Shown here: piece after piece, positions 1 to 9,493 of the stretch
How the letters are laid out: each line of letters begins with the position of its first letter
Position numbering within the stretch: position 1 is the stretch's first letter
From: Candidatus Saccharimonadota bacterium
Lineage (GTDB): Bacteria; Patescibacteriota; Saccharimonadia; Saccharimonadales; SLHW01
DNA: 64,000 nt
Direction of reading: 5' to 3'
NCBI GenBank assembly: GCA_024635455.1
Contig: JAGXIU010000003.1
Location: forward strand, 3,966-67,965
Notes under the pieces: generated by a model
Told to the model about the DNA's origin: nothing
Seen by the model: the letters and a program-made list of their open reading frames with translations, nothing else
Databases searched by the model: none
Program-made: the position numbers and the translations under genes

Positions 1-523
1 CACTCGGGCGCTTGAAGGGAAGATTAAGGTTGCTCAGTATGCACTGAAAAAAGGTGTGCCGTATCTTGGACTATGCCTTGGACTTCAGATGGCGGTAGTA
101 GCAGCTGCTCGGAACGGCGGCATAAAAGACGCAACATCGGCAGAGATAAATCCAAATGCTGAGCATCAAGTTATTCATACAATGGCGGATCAGCATGGCT
201 TAGAAAACACTGGTGGCACAATGCGCCTTGGGAATTATAATTGTCACCTAGAGAAAAGCTCCCGCAGCGCTAAGCTATATGGATCAACAAAAATCGCTGA
301 ACGCCATCGCCATCGCTACGAGTGCAATAATGCATACAGGGATTCATACGAAGGCTGGGGAATTCGCCCAGTCGGCATTAATCCAGAGAACAATCTAGTC
401 GAGGTAATTGAGGGCGTCGATCATCCGTTTTTTGTTGCGAGCCAGTTTCATCCTGAGTTTAGTTCACGGCCGAATCGACCAAATCCATTGTTCCGTGGTT
501 TCATCAAAGCACTATTGCGATAA
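1..523 (+). CDS. pyrG: CTP synthase, C-terminal glutaminase domain (partial, begins before window)
   Basis: GLCLGLQ nucleophile motif, GGTMRLG, ERHRHRYE, SQFHPEF; frame open back to window start. Confidence 0.97.
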   Translation, partial: TRALEGKIKVAQYALKKGVPYLGLCLGLQMAVVAAARNGGIKDATSAEINPNAEHQVIHTMADQHGLENTGGTMRLGNYNCHLEKSSRSAKLYGSTKIAERHRHRYECNNAYRDSYEGWGIRPVGINPENNLVEVIEGVDHPFFVASQFHPEFSSRPNRPNPLFRGFIKALLR

Positions 524-550
524 GTGATAAAACATACTATCATTAGCAGT

Positions 551-937
551 ATGGATGAACAAACAAAACTGAAGAAGATTTTATTAGTAGAAGACGATAA
601 CGCACTAGCGAGCGTGTATGAAACTAGGCTACAGGCTGAAGGTTTTGACCTGAAGCGTGTGCCAAACGGTGAAGACGCGTTAGCCGCGGCGACACAATAT
701 AAGCCAGACCTTATATTGCTTGATGTCATGATGCCGAAGGTAAGCGGTTTCGATGTACTCGATATTATTCGTAATACACCTGAAGTGGCCCAGGTAAAGA
801 TTATTATGCTCACTGCGTTGAGCCAAGATGCTGATCGTGAGCGAGCGGAGAGTCTCGGTGTTGATGACTATCTCGTGAAGTCACAAGTTGTTATATCTGA
901 TGTGGTTGATCGCATCAAGCAACGTCTTGAAATGTAG
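551..937 (+). CDS. Single-domain response regulator (receiver only)
   Basis: LLVEDD, DLILLDVMMP (phospho-Asp), MLTA, YLVK; ATG 551 preferred over the GTG at 524. Confidence 0.93.
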   Translation: MDEQTKLKKILLVEDDNALASVYETRLQAEGFDLKRVPNGEDALAAATQYKPDLILLDVMMPKVSGFDVLDIIRNTPEVAQVKIIMLTALSQDADRERAESLGVDDYLVKSQVVISDVVDRIKQRLEM

Positions 938-1052
938 GCAATTTTATTCCTCTCTACTGGTCGACTGTTGTATAGCTAAAGGCTATTAATTGACATTTAT
1001 GCAAATAAGTGCTACTATTCTTGCTGTACACAAATAAAACAAAAACACCAAT

Positions 1053-2681
1053 ATGCAAAGTCCCGAACACATACCACGAGATGAATTTGCCCCACCACTT
1101 CCCGAAGGGGTGCGCCGTGTTGAATCGGACATTTTTAATAATATGGTAGGCAAATCTGGCGAAGAATACGAGCAAGAATACGCCGATGGCTTTAGTGAGC
1201 AGTTAGAGACGAGCGGTCTTGAACGACGACTACTGGACCATGAAGCCGCAGCGGTTGACCTAAATACGGCAATTGCCGGAGCTGATAACCATACGCAAAA
1301 AGTCCACTCGTCACTACATGGGGTGATACGAGCGGGGGATAGCTTTTTTTCGGTATTTTCGACCAGACTTGATAGTCTTGAAGCTGAACCACAGGTGGTG
1401 ATAAGTCAGATGCGACCTGATGCTACCAAGGCGCGCCGACCTTGGGTGGTTGGTGTTTTGCATAAAGATGAGCCGCTGCATCTAGGTAGAGATTATCAAG
1501 ACGATCTAAGTATGAGTACGTCTCGTGATCACTGCACCATTGAGCTAAAGGATGGCGTGCTGACGGTGACCGACGAATCGACCAACGGTACAGAACTGTA
1601 CCTTCAGTCACCTGAGTCAGAATCGGTGAATAACAAAACGGTTGATGAAGGCCGCTTTGGTATGCGCAGTCTGACGCATTGGCTTCGAGGGCGTAATACC
1701 GAGAAAGACGTAACTCAATCGACCGAAGATTCGCCACTCGACAGTATATATACCTGGGCGCCGCCATCAACAGATATAAAAGCCTCAATTACCGTTGATC
1801 AACATAACCAACTTGATGATGTGACCGACCACGAGAACACACTTGAGGATGAGGCAGCGCCACTCTGGCAAAAGATTGATCAGCTCGCGAGCCCTGAGGG
1901 GCGGCAGGCATTGATGCAGTCTTTGTCGGAGGAGCTTGCCACACCGGCGATGCGTTCAATTGCGGAAATGCAGCGAGGTATTGACGAGGTCTTTCAGCAG
2001 TACAAAAGTCGAGGCGCTCACCCTGAATTACACGATTATCGCCTAGATAAACGCGACCATGAAGAGATGAAGCGTTTGGAAGAAGAGATTATCGCGACTC
2101 ATGGTCAAGAAGCCTATCACGCCTACATGGATATGCATCAGCGCCTCGAGGCCACACAGGGAGGTGAGGTAGCCTATCTCTCTAACTCTGAATCTCTTGT
2201 TACGCTACATACCTTATTTGGGCAGGCAGAAAACGCCGCGACTGCTGAAACACCTCATCAGTTTGTGCCAAACGAGCGGGTTGACTTTATGCGCAAGCGA
2301 GCTCGTGGACAAATACGCACGATCCTTTCGCCGAAAGAGGAGCCAATTGATATCCCCATTGGGATGTTTATATCAGCAGAAAGTTTGCAGTCATGGGAGA
2401 ACGGCCGCGGAGAAGGTGAGCCGAAAAATGGCAGTACCAGTCGGGAAGAAATAGAGCGCTATGCTAGTCTACCGGCAGAAACCGCTCCGCCCGTTGATCA
2501 CGCTAATGCCTATATGCTACCAGATGGCCGCGTGTACGTATCATCAGAGAACGCCCATCGTGTTGCGGCTGCAGTACGTCGCGGGGACACACACGTCAAG
2601 TTTCGAGGCAGTATGGGTGTCTATGTACTCGACTCGACACCTGCTGTACTTGGCGAGAACTTGACGCCACCGAATCCATAA
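1053..2681 (+). CDS. FHA-domain protein with C-terminal ParB/Srx-like domain
   Basis: FHA motifs LGR...SRDH...STNGT; C-terminal PP...ENAHRVAAAVRRG resembles the ParB GxHR motif; TTGACA-17-TACTAT promoter upstream. Confidence 0.7.
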   Translation: MQSPEHIPRDEFAPPLPEGVRRVESDIFNNMVGKSGEEYEQEYADGFSEQLETSGLERRLLDHEAAAVDLNTAIAGADNHTQKVHSSLHGVIRAGDSFFSVFSTRLDSLEAEPQVVISQMRPDATKARRPWVVGVLHKDEPLHLGRDYQDDLSMSTSRDHCTIELKDGVLTVTDESTNGTELYLQSPESESVNNKTVDEGRFGMRSLTHWLRGRNTEKDVTQSTEDSPLDSIYTWAPPSTDIKASITVDQHNQLDDVTDHENTLEDEAAPLWQKIDQLASPEGRQALMQSLSEELATPAMRSIAEMQRGIDEVFQQYKSRGAHPELHDYRLDKRDHEEMKRLEEEIIATHGQEAYHAYMDMHQRLEATQGGEVAYLSNSESLVTLHTLFGQAENAATAETPHQFVPNERVDFMRKRARGQIRTILSPKEEPIDIPIGMFISAESLQSWENGRGEGEPKNGSTSREEIERYASLPAETAPPVDHANAYMLPDGRVYVSSENAHRVAAAVRRGDTHVKFRGSMGVYVLDSTPAVLGENLTPPNP

Positions 2682-2725
2682 AAGTTACTGCGCAAAGAAA
2701 AAAAAGTAGGGTTTTACTCCGCAGT

Positions 2726-2998
2726 CTATTCGACGGTAACTTCTGTGCGTGGTGCGGTTTTGCCGCTAAAGAGCTTGAAACGGCGTTTGTTAAAGCGTAC
2801 GACACCGTCTTTGGCAGCATGAATAGTGAAATCTCGGCTCATGAATGTACCGACACCTGGACGTTTATTTGATCCAGCTTGACGAATAATAATTTGACCA
2901 GTTTTGACTGGTTCACCACCAAATAGCTTAACGCCGAGTCGTCTACCGGCACTATCGCGGTTATTTCTGCTGGATCCACCTGCTTTTACTTTACTCAT
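2726..2998 (-). CDS. rpmA: 50S ribosomal protein L27
   Basis: [34 protein letters not shown]. Confidence 0.97.
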   Translation of the reverse strand: MSKVKAGGSSRNNRDSAGRRLGVKLFGGEPVKTGQIIIRQAGSNKRPGVGTFMSRDFTIHAAKDGVVRFNKRRFKLFSGKTAPRTEVTVE

Positions 2999-3193
2999 TT
3001 TGACCTCTTGTCAGTCGGCCTGCTTGCTAGCGGAGCTATCAACCCCGCCGACTTCTCGGCACATTACTGCGTCAGAACCGTCGCTTTTCACTCAACGTAG
3101 TATGTCTACGTCTCGCTAAAAAAAGCTCGCTTCTTCCTTGTACTGTATCCAAGCAAGTGGCCAAAACTGTATTCTTAAATTACGTGCTATGTT

Positions 3194-4513
3194 TTACGTC
3201 CGGGTGAGGACGACGAGTTCACGCCCAACGATTTGACCTTCTCTGTGATAGATAAGCTCTGAATCTTTAGCATGCACAAAACTCACACGATTATAACCTA
3301 GTTCATCAAGAGATTCAAGCACTTTAAGGTGTCGAAACGAATTATGTACGCGCCAGGCCGGCACCGCAATACACATTCGAAAGCCAGCCTCGGTTTGTCG
3401 GGCAACGTTTCGGAGGAATTTTCGATGGATCGTATCGACATCCTGCATGACTTTTTGTAAGGTTCGATCATCTGGTAAAGCAGAGAAGGGGCGACCAAGA
3501 TACGTCTCGGCTGCAATTGTGTCGAACGTGGCATCCCAGGTAGCGCTTGTTGCGTCTGCCTCTAGAACTGTTATGTTGCTTTGCTCTATATCACCATCGG
3601 AAATATCATCGCTGAGGGCGTTGAGCCAGGCTAAGTTTTTTTGGCTATATGCAACCATGCGTTCATCAATGTCTGAGCCAATAGCTCCGTAGTTCATGAG
3701 TGTTGCTTCTTGCAGAATGACACCGGTGCCGCAAAAAGGATCCAACACAGTGATGAAGGTCTCGTTACTTTGCCAATCAAAGCTCGACATGTGACGAGGA
3801 TCTTGAGCGAGCTCTTTGTTCGTAGCGCTATCTTGTTCCTCAGGTTCTTTCTCTGTGATTGTAGATTTCTGTCGAGACGGCGTGAATGAGCTGGCGGCGA
3901 GGTTTATGATGATTTGCGCTAGCTTTGGTGGTAGCATACCGACTTTAGCGTCGCGCATTGGTCGAGCTTGGTCACGAGCAGCGTAGGCTTCAATATCTTG
4001 GACTGCGACCGTCTGTCCAAAATGCACCAAGCCATCTTGCTCCGATTTGCTGATAATGAGCTCTAAGCCTTTTTCTGCGGTAAGTTTGTTATGTATAACC
4101 TGTGCAGTAGAGAGCTCTAGGCTTTTGTTAGGAATAATACGGACTGACTTACCATCTGCGCGTAACTTCTTTTTGATACGTAAGAATGTTTTCTCGATTT
4201 GCTTAATCGGTACCTGCATGCCGTATACGCTACAGCCAAGTTTAATCTTGCCTTCTGGGTAATCTTTGAGCTGTAAGGGAAGTGTTTGTAGCAGATACTC
4301 CTCGATAGCGGGCCAGTTCGCCTTTGGGCTGCTGCTCAAGAGTCGGGCTATTTTTGTGGTGCCGCCTAATGAGTCGATCATTGCTCTCGTTGGGTGGACT
4401 CCCACTTCTGCAGCCTGTTTATTTTGCGCAACTACACTATCCGCACCAAAGCGACTCTCTAGCTCTACTAGACTAATGGCTGGTTGCCGGCCAAGGATAC
4501 AAAGTGATTTCAT
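3194..4513 (-). CDS. TRM11/TrmG10-like SAM-dependent (tRNA) methyltransferase
   Basis: GMLPPKLAQIIINL, VLDPFCGTG, GSDID; start at MKSLCILGRQ. Confidence 0.8.
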   Translation of the reverse strand: MKSLCILGRQPAISLVELESRFGADSVVAQNKQAAEVGVHPTRAMIDSLGGTTKIARLLSSSPKANWPAIEEYLLQTLPLQLKDYPEGKIKLGCSVYGMQVPIKQIEKTFLRIKKKLRADGKSVRIIPNKSLELSTAQVIHNKLTAEKGLELIISKSEQDGLVHFGQTVAVQDIEAYAARDQARPMRDAKVGMLPPKLAQIIINLAASSFTPSRQKSTITEKEPEEQDSATNKELAQDPRHMSSFDWQSNETFITVLDPFCGTGVILQEATLMNYGAIGSDIDERMVAYSQKNLAWLNALSDDISDGDIEQSNITVLEADATSATWDATFDTIAAETYLGRPFSALPDDRTLQKVMQDVDTIHRKFLRNVARQTEAGFRMCIAVPAWRVHNSFRHLKVLESLDELGYNRVSFVHAKDSELIYHREGQIVGRELVVLTRT

Positions 4514-4616
4514 GTCTGTATTGTACCTGCTCAATCAGTTCCTGCCACATATGTTTTATGCCGAACAGGGGTAGTAGAGTCGAGTAGGCTAGTATATACT
4601 AAGGTGCTAAGAGCAT

Positions 4617-5654
4617 ATGAAAAATCCGACTCGTCAACGAAAGATTAAGCTATACGTTACTGTCATAACATTTGTGGCACTGGTGGCGATATCTTTTTCC
4701 ATCAGAGACGAGATACTCGATACTATCGCCAATATCCGCACTGCCACGCTTTGGCCGATTATTGCTATATTTCCACTGGCTTTCCTGAACCATTTGGCCC
4801 TCGGTAAGTTATATCAAGCGGTGTTTCGAATACTCGGAGACAGGTTTCGGACACGTTCAATGGTGCGCTTGAGCCTTGAGCTTAATTTCGTCAACCTAGT
4901 ATTTCCATCAGCCGGTGTAAGCGGCTTCTCGTATCTTGGTATTCGCATGAAAGGCGAGGAGATAGAGCCAGGTAAATCAGCGCTAGTCCAGGCCATGCGC
5001 TTTACCATGCTATTTATATCATTCCAGATATTGCTGGGCATCGGACTATTGTTGCTGGCGCTAGTTGGCAGGGTGAACAACTTCGTTATATTGGTAGCGG
5101 CCTCTTTGTCGACATTGTTGTTCGTCGGTACGATTTTAGTTGGATTCATTGTTAGCAGTAAGAAGCGCATCAACGGTTTTTTCACCGGGCTCACAAAAGT
5201 GACGAATCGGCTTATACAGATTGTGCGCCCAAAACATCCTGAAACCATAAATATCAAGCGAGTAGAAAAGGTCTTCACAGACCTCCATAATAATTACAGA
5301 CTTATTCGTAATAATTTTACTGAGCTACGCCGACCAATCTTATTTGCATTTGCCTCAAATGTTACAGAGATTACATCGGTTTACTTGGCATTTATTGCTT
5401 TTGGCGCCACCGTGAATCCAGGAGCAATAATCATTGCTTATGCAGTAGCAAATTTCGCAGGCATAGTGTCTATATTGCCTGGGGGTATTGGTGTATATGA
5501 AGGCCTTATGACTGGAGTGCTTGTCGCTACTGGTGTGCCCGTGGCTGTTACTTTGCCAGGAATAATCACGTTCCGAGTAGTAAGTATGTTGAGCCAAGTT
5601 CCCGTCGGATACTATTTTTATCAAAAGAACCTTAGTTCACATACGCACTTATGA
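4617..5654 (+). CDS. Lysylphosphatidylglycerol synthase TM / flippase-like membrane protein (UPF0104)
   Basis: Multiple TM helices, PGGIGVYE motif, FR near C-terminus. Confidence 0.85.
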   Translation: MKNPTRQRKIKLYVTVITFVALVAISFSIRDEILDTIANIRTATLWPIIAIFPLAFLNHLALGKLYQAVFRILGDRFRTRSMVRLSLELNFVNLVFPSAGVSGFSYLGIRMKGEEIEPGKSALVQAMRFTMLFISFQILLGIGLLLLALVGRVNNFVILVAASLSTLLFVGTILVGFIVSSKKRINGFFTGLTKVTNRLIQIVRPKHPETINIKRVEKVFTDLHNNYRLIRNNFTELRRPILFAFASNVTEITSVYLAFIAFGATVNPGAIIIAYAVANFAGIVSILPGGIGVYEGLMTGVLVATGVPVAVTLPGIITFRVVSMLSQVPVGYYFYQKNLSSHTHL

Positions 5655-6784
5655 GCCAGGATCCTATATTTGCACCAAGCGACTTCGTAGCTGTATTAAA
5701 CCAAACGCTGGATTTTGCTTATCCAAGCGTACTGATACGTGGGGAAGTGGCTGAACTCCGTATTCGAAAGAATCGATGGGTGTACTTCAAGCTGGTTGAT
5801 AGCACTGCTTCAGTATCATTTTTTGGCACTGTCCAGCAGCTTTCACATGAGGTCCAAGAGGGGATGTTGTTTCAGGTACGTGGTTTTCCTCGGCTACACC
5901 AACTCTACGGCTTTAGTGTTCAAGTGCAGTTTATGCAACCGGTTGGCGAAGGCTCTATCAAAAAGTCAGCAGACATACTCATCGAAAAGTTGAAGAAAGA
6001 GGGTTTGTTCGACGCGAGCCGTAAAAAGTTTGTAGAAATTCCACCACAGCGCATTGGCTTGATTACATCAGCGGAGTCAGCTGCATACCAGGACGTCATT
6101 AAGATACTCAACCAACGTTGGGGTGGATTATCCATAGAGCTCATTGATGTACATGTACAAGGCGAGTCCGCTCAGAACGATATAATTGACGCGCTCTATA
6201 CCTTTGAGCAGCAAGACGTACCGCCTGATGCTGTGCTCATAACACGAGGTGGTGGTAGTGCTGAGGATTTGTCGGTTTTTAGCAGTGAGCATGTGACTCG
6301 GGCGGTGGCGGCAAGCTCGATTCCAACAGTAGTTGCGGTTGGCCACGAAACCGATGTGAGTCTGGCTGAACTGGCTGCTGATATGCGGGCCAGTACACCG
6401 AGTAACGCTGCAGAATTGCTTGTGCCAGATAGGAAAGATGTAGGGGAGTATGTTCGCCAATCTCGAGCAACTCTGCACTCTTACTTACAAAGAGCATTAC
6501 GGAGCGAGCGTGATGAGCTTGTGGCGCAACGCGAGCAATTGGATGCCTCACTACTATCGTGCTTAGACTGGCATAAGACCAACCTCAGTCGGACTAAGCA
6601 GATCGTTCGAGCGCTTGATCCATATGAGCTCCTTCAGCGGGGCTATAGTATTATTCGTGATGAGGTTGGGCAAGTAATCCGCTCAGGGTCCTCGCTACAA
6701 AAGAAAGATCTACTATCTATTCGATTTCATGACGCAGATGTGGGTGCCCTGGTACAATCAGTTCATAAGAATTCAAGCAAATAA
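5651..6784 (+). CDS. xseA: Exodeoxyribonuclease VII large subunit
   Basis: OB-fold N-terminus, IGLITS, RGGGSAEDL, AVGHETD, STPSNAAE, LQRGYS. Confidence 0.96.
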   Translation: MSQDPIFAPSDFVAVLNQTLDFAYPSVLIRGEVAELRIRKNRWVYFKLVDSTASVSFFGTVQQLSHEVQEGMLFQVRGFPRLHQLYGFSVQVQFMQPVGEGSIKKSADILIEKLKKEGLFDASRKKFVEIPPQRIGLITSAESAAYQDVIKILNQRWGGLSIELIDVHVQGESAQNDIIDALYTFEQQDVPPDAVLITRGGGSAEDLSVFSSEHVTRAVAASSIPTVVAVGHETDVSLAELAADMRASTPSNAAELLVPDRKDVGEYVRQSRATLHSYLQRALRSERDELVAQREQLDASLLSCLDWHKTNLSRTKQIVRALDPYELLQRGYSIIRDEVGQVIRSGSSLQKKDLLSIRFHDADVGALVQSVHKNSSK

Positions 6785-6798
6785 CGAAAGGTATAACC

Positions 6799-7011
6799 AT
6801 GAGTAAAAAGCAAGTCAACTACAATAAACTTCGTGCTGAGCTAGACGAGATAATGGCGTCATTACAGGCTCCCACTATAGATATTGACCAGGCAACTGAG
6901 TTGCATGATCGTGCAAACAAAATCATTGACCAGCTTGAGGCATACCTAAATGAGACAGAAAATCACATAAAGCAATTGGAGAAAAAGAAAAAGCCAGAAA
7001 AGAAGACATAG
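6799..7011 (+). CDS. xseB: Exodeoxyribonuclease VII small subunit
   Basis: 70-aa helical protein directly after xseA with ELDEIM..L...ID pattern. Confidence 0.85.
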   Translation: MSKKQVNYNKLRAELDEIMASLQAPTIDIDQATELHDRANKIIDQLEAYLNETENHIKQLEKKKKPEKKT

Positions 7012-7508
7012 TGGCGGTAGTAATTGTCCTATTAATTTCGCTGGTATTTTTATTCGGCTTCGTGGTGTGGGTTGGCCCACCGTATTTACCAACCATGCGA
7101 CTACAAATTAAAACGGCGCTGGATATGTTAGATCTAAGCCCGGGCGAAACCATGATTGAGCTTGGTAGCGGAGATGGTCGAGTTGCTCGGGCAGCTGCTC
7201 AACGTGGCATCAAAGTAGTAGGTTATGAGATAAACCCACTCCTTGTGTTGTATTCTCGTATTATCACCTGGCGATACCGCGAAAACGTACGAATCATATG
7301 GGGGAACATGTGGACCAAGCAGTGGCCAGATGACGCTTCCGCTATATATACGTTTTTATTAGAAAAGTTTATGCAAAAGCTGGATAATAAAATTATTCAA
7401 ACATATAGTGGCAGAAACATCAAGCTTGTGAGCTTTGCGTTTTCCATCCCGGGTAAAACAGCAGTTCAGGATGAGAATGGCGTTCTGCTTTATGAATACA
7501 GTTCCTAA
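7011..7508 (+). CDS. Class I SAM-dependent methyltransferase with N-terminal TM helix
   Basis: PYLPT, ELGSGDGR, GYEINP. Confidence 0.88.
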   Translation: MAVVIVLLISLVFLFGFVVWVGPPYLPTMRLQIKTALDMLDLSPGETMIELGSGDGRVARAAAQRGIKVVGYEINPLLVLYSRIITWRYRENVRIIWGNMWTKQWPDDASAIYTFLLEKFMQKLDNKIIQTYSGRNIKLVSFAFSIPGKTAVQDENGVLLYEYSS

Positions 7509-7553
7509 ACACATGGCATTAGGCAAATAGCTCGTGTTATCATAAGCACTAAT

Positions 7554-8300
7554 ATGCCACCACAACAACAGCAACCACCACCACAGGGTATGTATCCGAA
7601 TCAGCCAACACCGCCAGCAGGCCCACCGCCTGAGTATTCGTCAGCTTCTCAGAGCAAGCACCATCATGGTAAGGGCCTACTCATAACGGTGATTATACTC
7701 AGCATAGCTCTCGTAGGCGTCTCGGCCTTTGCTGTCTGGGCGTTCATGGAGCGTCAAGAGTACAAAAACAACGTAGATGGTATTGTAGCAACAGAGGTTG
7801 ATACGGCAGTATCTGAACGTGAGCAGCAGCTTGAGGCGGAATTTACTGAGCGCGAAAAAGAACCGCTCGATAGCTACACTAGCCCATCGGCATATGGAGA
7901 AGTTACCGTAGAATATCCAAAAACTTGGTCGGCTTATGTTGAGGAGACTGATAGCGGATCTACACCAGTTGAAGGATTCTTCCATCCCAGCTTTGTTCCT
8001 GATGAGAGCGATAATATAATTGCTCTTCGCCTAGAGATTTCAAATCGTTCATACGCTGACTCACTTCGACGTTTTGAGAGTCTAGCTCGGTCAGATAGGG
8101 TGAGCATTTCACCAATTGAAGCAGTCAATGTTGACGGTGTCGTCGGGTCACGCGTTGATGGCGAAATATCATCTGACCTTGAGGGGAGCGTTGTATTGTT
8201 TGAGCTTCGCGATAAAACACTATTACTTACAACTGAATCGACCGAGTTCAAGCAAGATTTCGACAACATTATCTTGAAAAACCTGACCTTTAACCCATAG
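7554..8300 (+). CDS. Membrane-anchored hypothetical protein (Pro/Gln-rich N-terminus, PsbP-like C-terminus)
   Basis: One TM helix, coiled coil, YPKTW motif. Confidence 0.6.
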   Translation: MPPQQQQPPPQGMYPNQPTPPAGPPPEYSSASQSKHHHGKGLLITVIILSIALVGVSAFAVWAFMERQEYKNNVDGIVATEVDTAVSEREQQLEAEFTEREKEPLDSYTSPSAYGEVTVEYPKTWSAYVEETDSGSTPVEGFFHPSFVPDESDNIIALRLEISNRSYADSLRRFESLARSDRVSISPIEAVNVDGVVGSRVDGEISSDLEGSVVLFELRDKTLLLTTESTEFKQDFDNIILKNLTFNP

Positions 8301-8400
8301 TCTCTTGGGCGAATCTATTGCCGATAGCCGTTAGTAGCATAGACGTGTTCAAGTGCGTTATACTGGGTACTATTAAGGGGTAAAAGGTACGTCTAGCTAT

Positions 8401-9096
8401 ATGAAGAACGAACACACATTCAGTGCAGCTGATGCGTCACGAGTACCACTGGCGACGCTGGCACAGCATGTTCGGCAATCACTTCTACAGATAGCGCAGT
8501 ATGCTCAATCTGGGGTGGGGAATGAGTCGCAGATTGATACGATTGCTCGTACAACCACAAAGCTACTAGACTGCTACATCCTTAGTGGTCACAGCGAGCA
8601 GTTAGAGCTAGCTGTTGAGCCGGTATCACTCGGCTCTGTCCTGCAGGATGTGCTGCACGAGCTTACCCCAATTGCGAAGCAGCATGATTGCACTATGCAA
8701 TTTGTCTCCGCCGGCGCTAGTCAATTAGTCGCAACAAATCGTGCGTTTGCGCACGCTGCTTTCTTGTCTCTGGGGCATAGCTTTATCGAGGCGATTCATA
8801 CGGACAATCCAGCTGAGCGGACTATCATCTTTGCCTCGCGTCAGTATGGCGGTAACCAAACCGCAGGTGTTTTCTCGCCAGACGTGACACTGAACGCGCG
8901 GGCGCTAAGACAGATTCGTATGCTAGCCGGCACAGCAACGCAACAGAGTGGGGTAGTTCCAGGATCGAGTAGCGGCATAATTGTGGCTGATGCTCTCTTG
9001 AATCGAACCAATAACCAGCTATATGCAAGCAAATTTCAGAATACACCTGGTCTGGCTGCCGCGTTCATCAAGAATAAGCAGATGCAATTGGTGTAG
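8401..9096 (+). CDS. Degenerate histidine-kinase-like protein (pseudokinase)
   Basis: LATLAQHVRQSLLQI aligns with the H-box region, EPVSLGSVLQDV with the start of HATPase; canonical H, N and G motifs eroded. Confidence 0.6.
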   Translation: MKNEHTFSAADASRVPLATLAQHVRQSLLQIAQYAQSGVGNESQIDTIARTTTKLLDCYILSGHSEQLELAVEPVSLGSVLQDVLHELTPIAKQHDCTMQFVSAGASQLVATNRAFAHAAFLSLGHSFIEAIHTDNPAERTIIFASRQYGGNQTAGVFSPDVTLNARALRQIRMLAGTATQQSGVVPGSSSGIIVADALLNRTNNQLYASKFQNTPGLAAAFIKNKQMQLV

Positions 9097-9103
9097 TGCG
9101 CGA

Positions 9104-9493
9104 ATGGGCCGAATACTACTCATAGAACCAGATACAATCCTTGGCAAAAACTATCAAGCTGCGTTGAAGCGGGCTGGTCATGACGTGTACCGGAGTACGA
9201 GCGCTGGTGCTGCGTTGCAGATACTTGATGAGCAGGCAATCGAACTAATCGTACTTGAGTTGTTACTTGGTGCTCACAATGGAGTAGAGTTTCTATACGA
9301 GATTCGAAGTTATTCAGATCTGAAGAACATACCGGTAATTATTAACAGCAATGTCGCACCAGCAACTGTTCGCTCTTCGCCCGGGTATAAGCTATTGGGC
9401 GTTCAGCAGTATCTATATAAGCCACATACAAAGCAATCTGAGCTAGTTGAGGCAGCTGGGATTGTCTTTGATGCTGGCGTGGTGCGGCAGTGA
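9104..9493 (+). CDS. Atypical receiver-domain protein (phospho-Asp replaced by Glu)
   Basis: RILLIEPD, IELIVLELLLG, NGVEFL, IPVII, YLYKP. Confidence 0.85.
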   Translation: MGRILLIEPDTILGKNYQAALKRAGHDVYRSTSAGAALQILDEQAIELIVLELLLGAHNGVEFLYEIRSYSDLKNIPVIINSNVAPATVRSSPGYKLLGVQQYLYKPHTKQSELVEAAGIVFDAGVVRQ

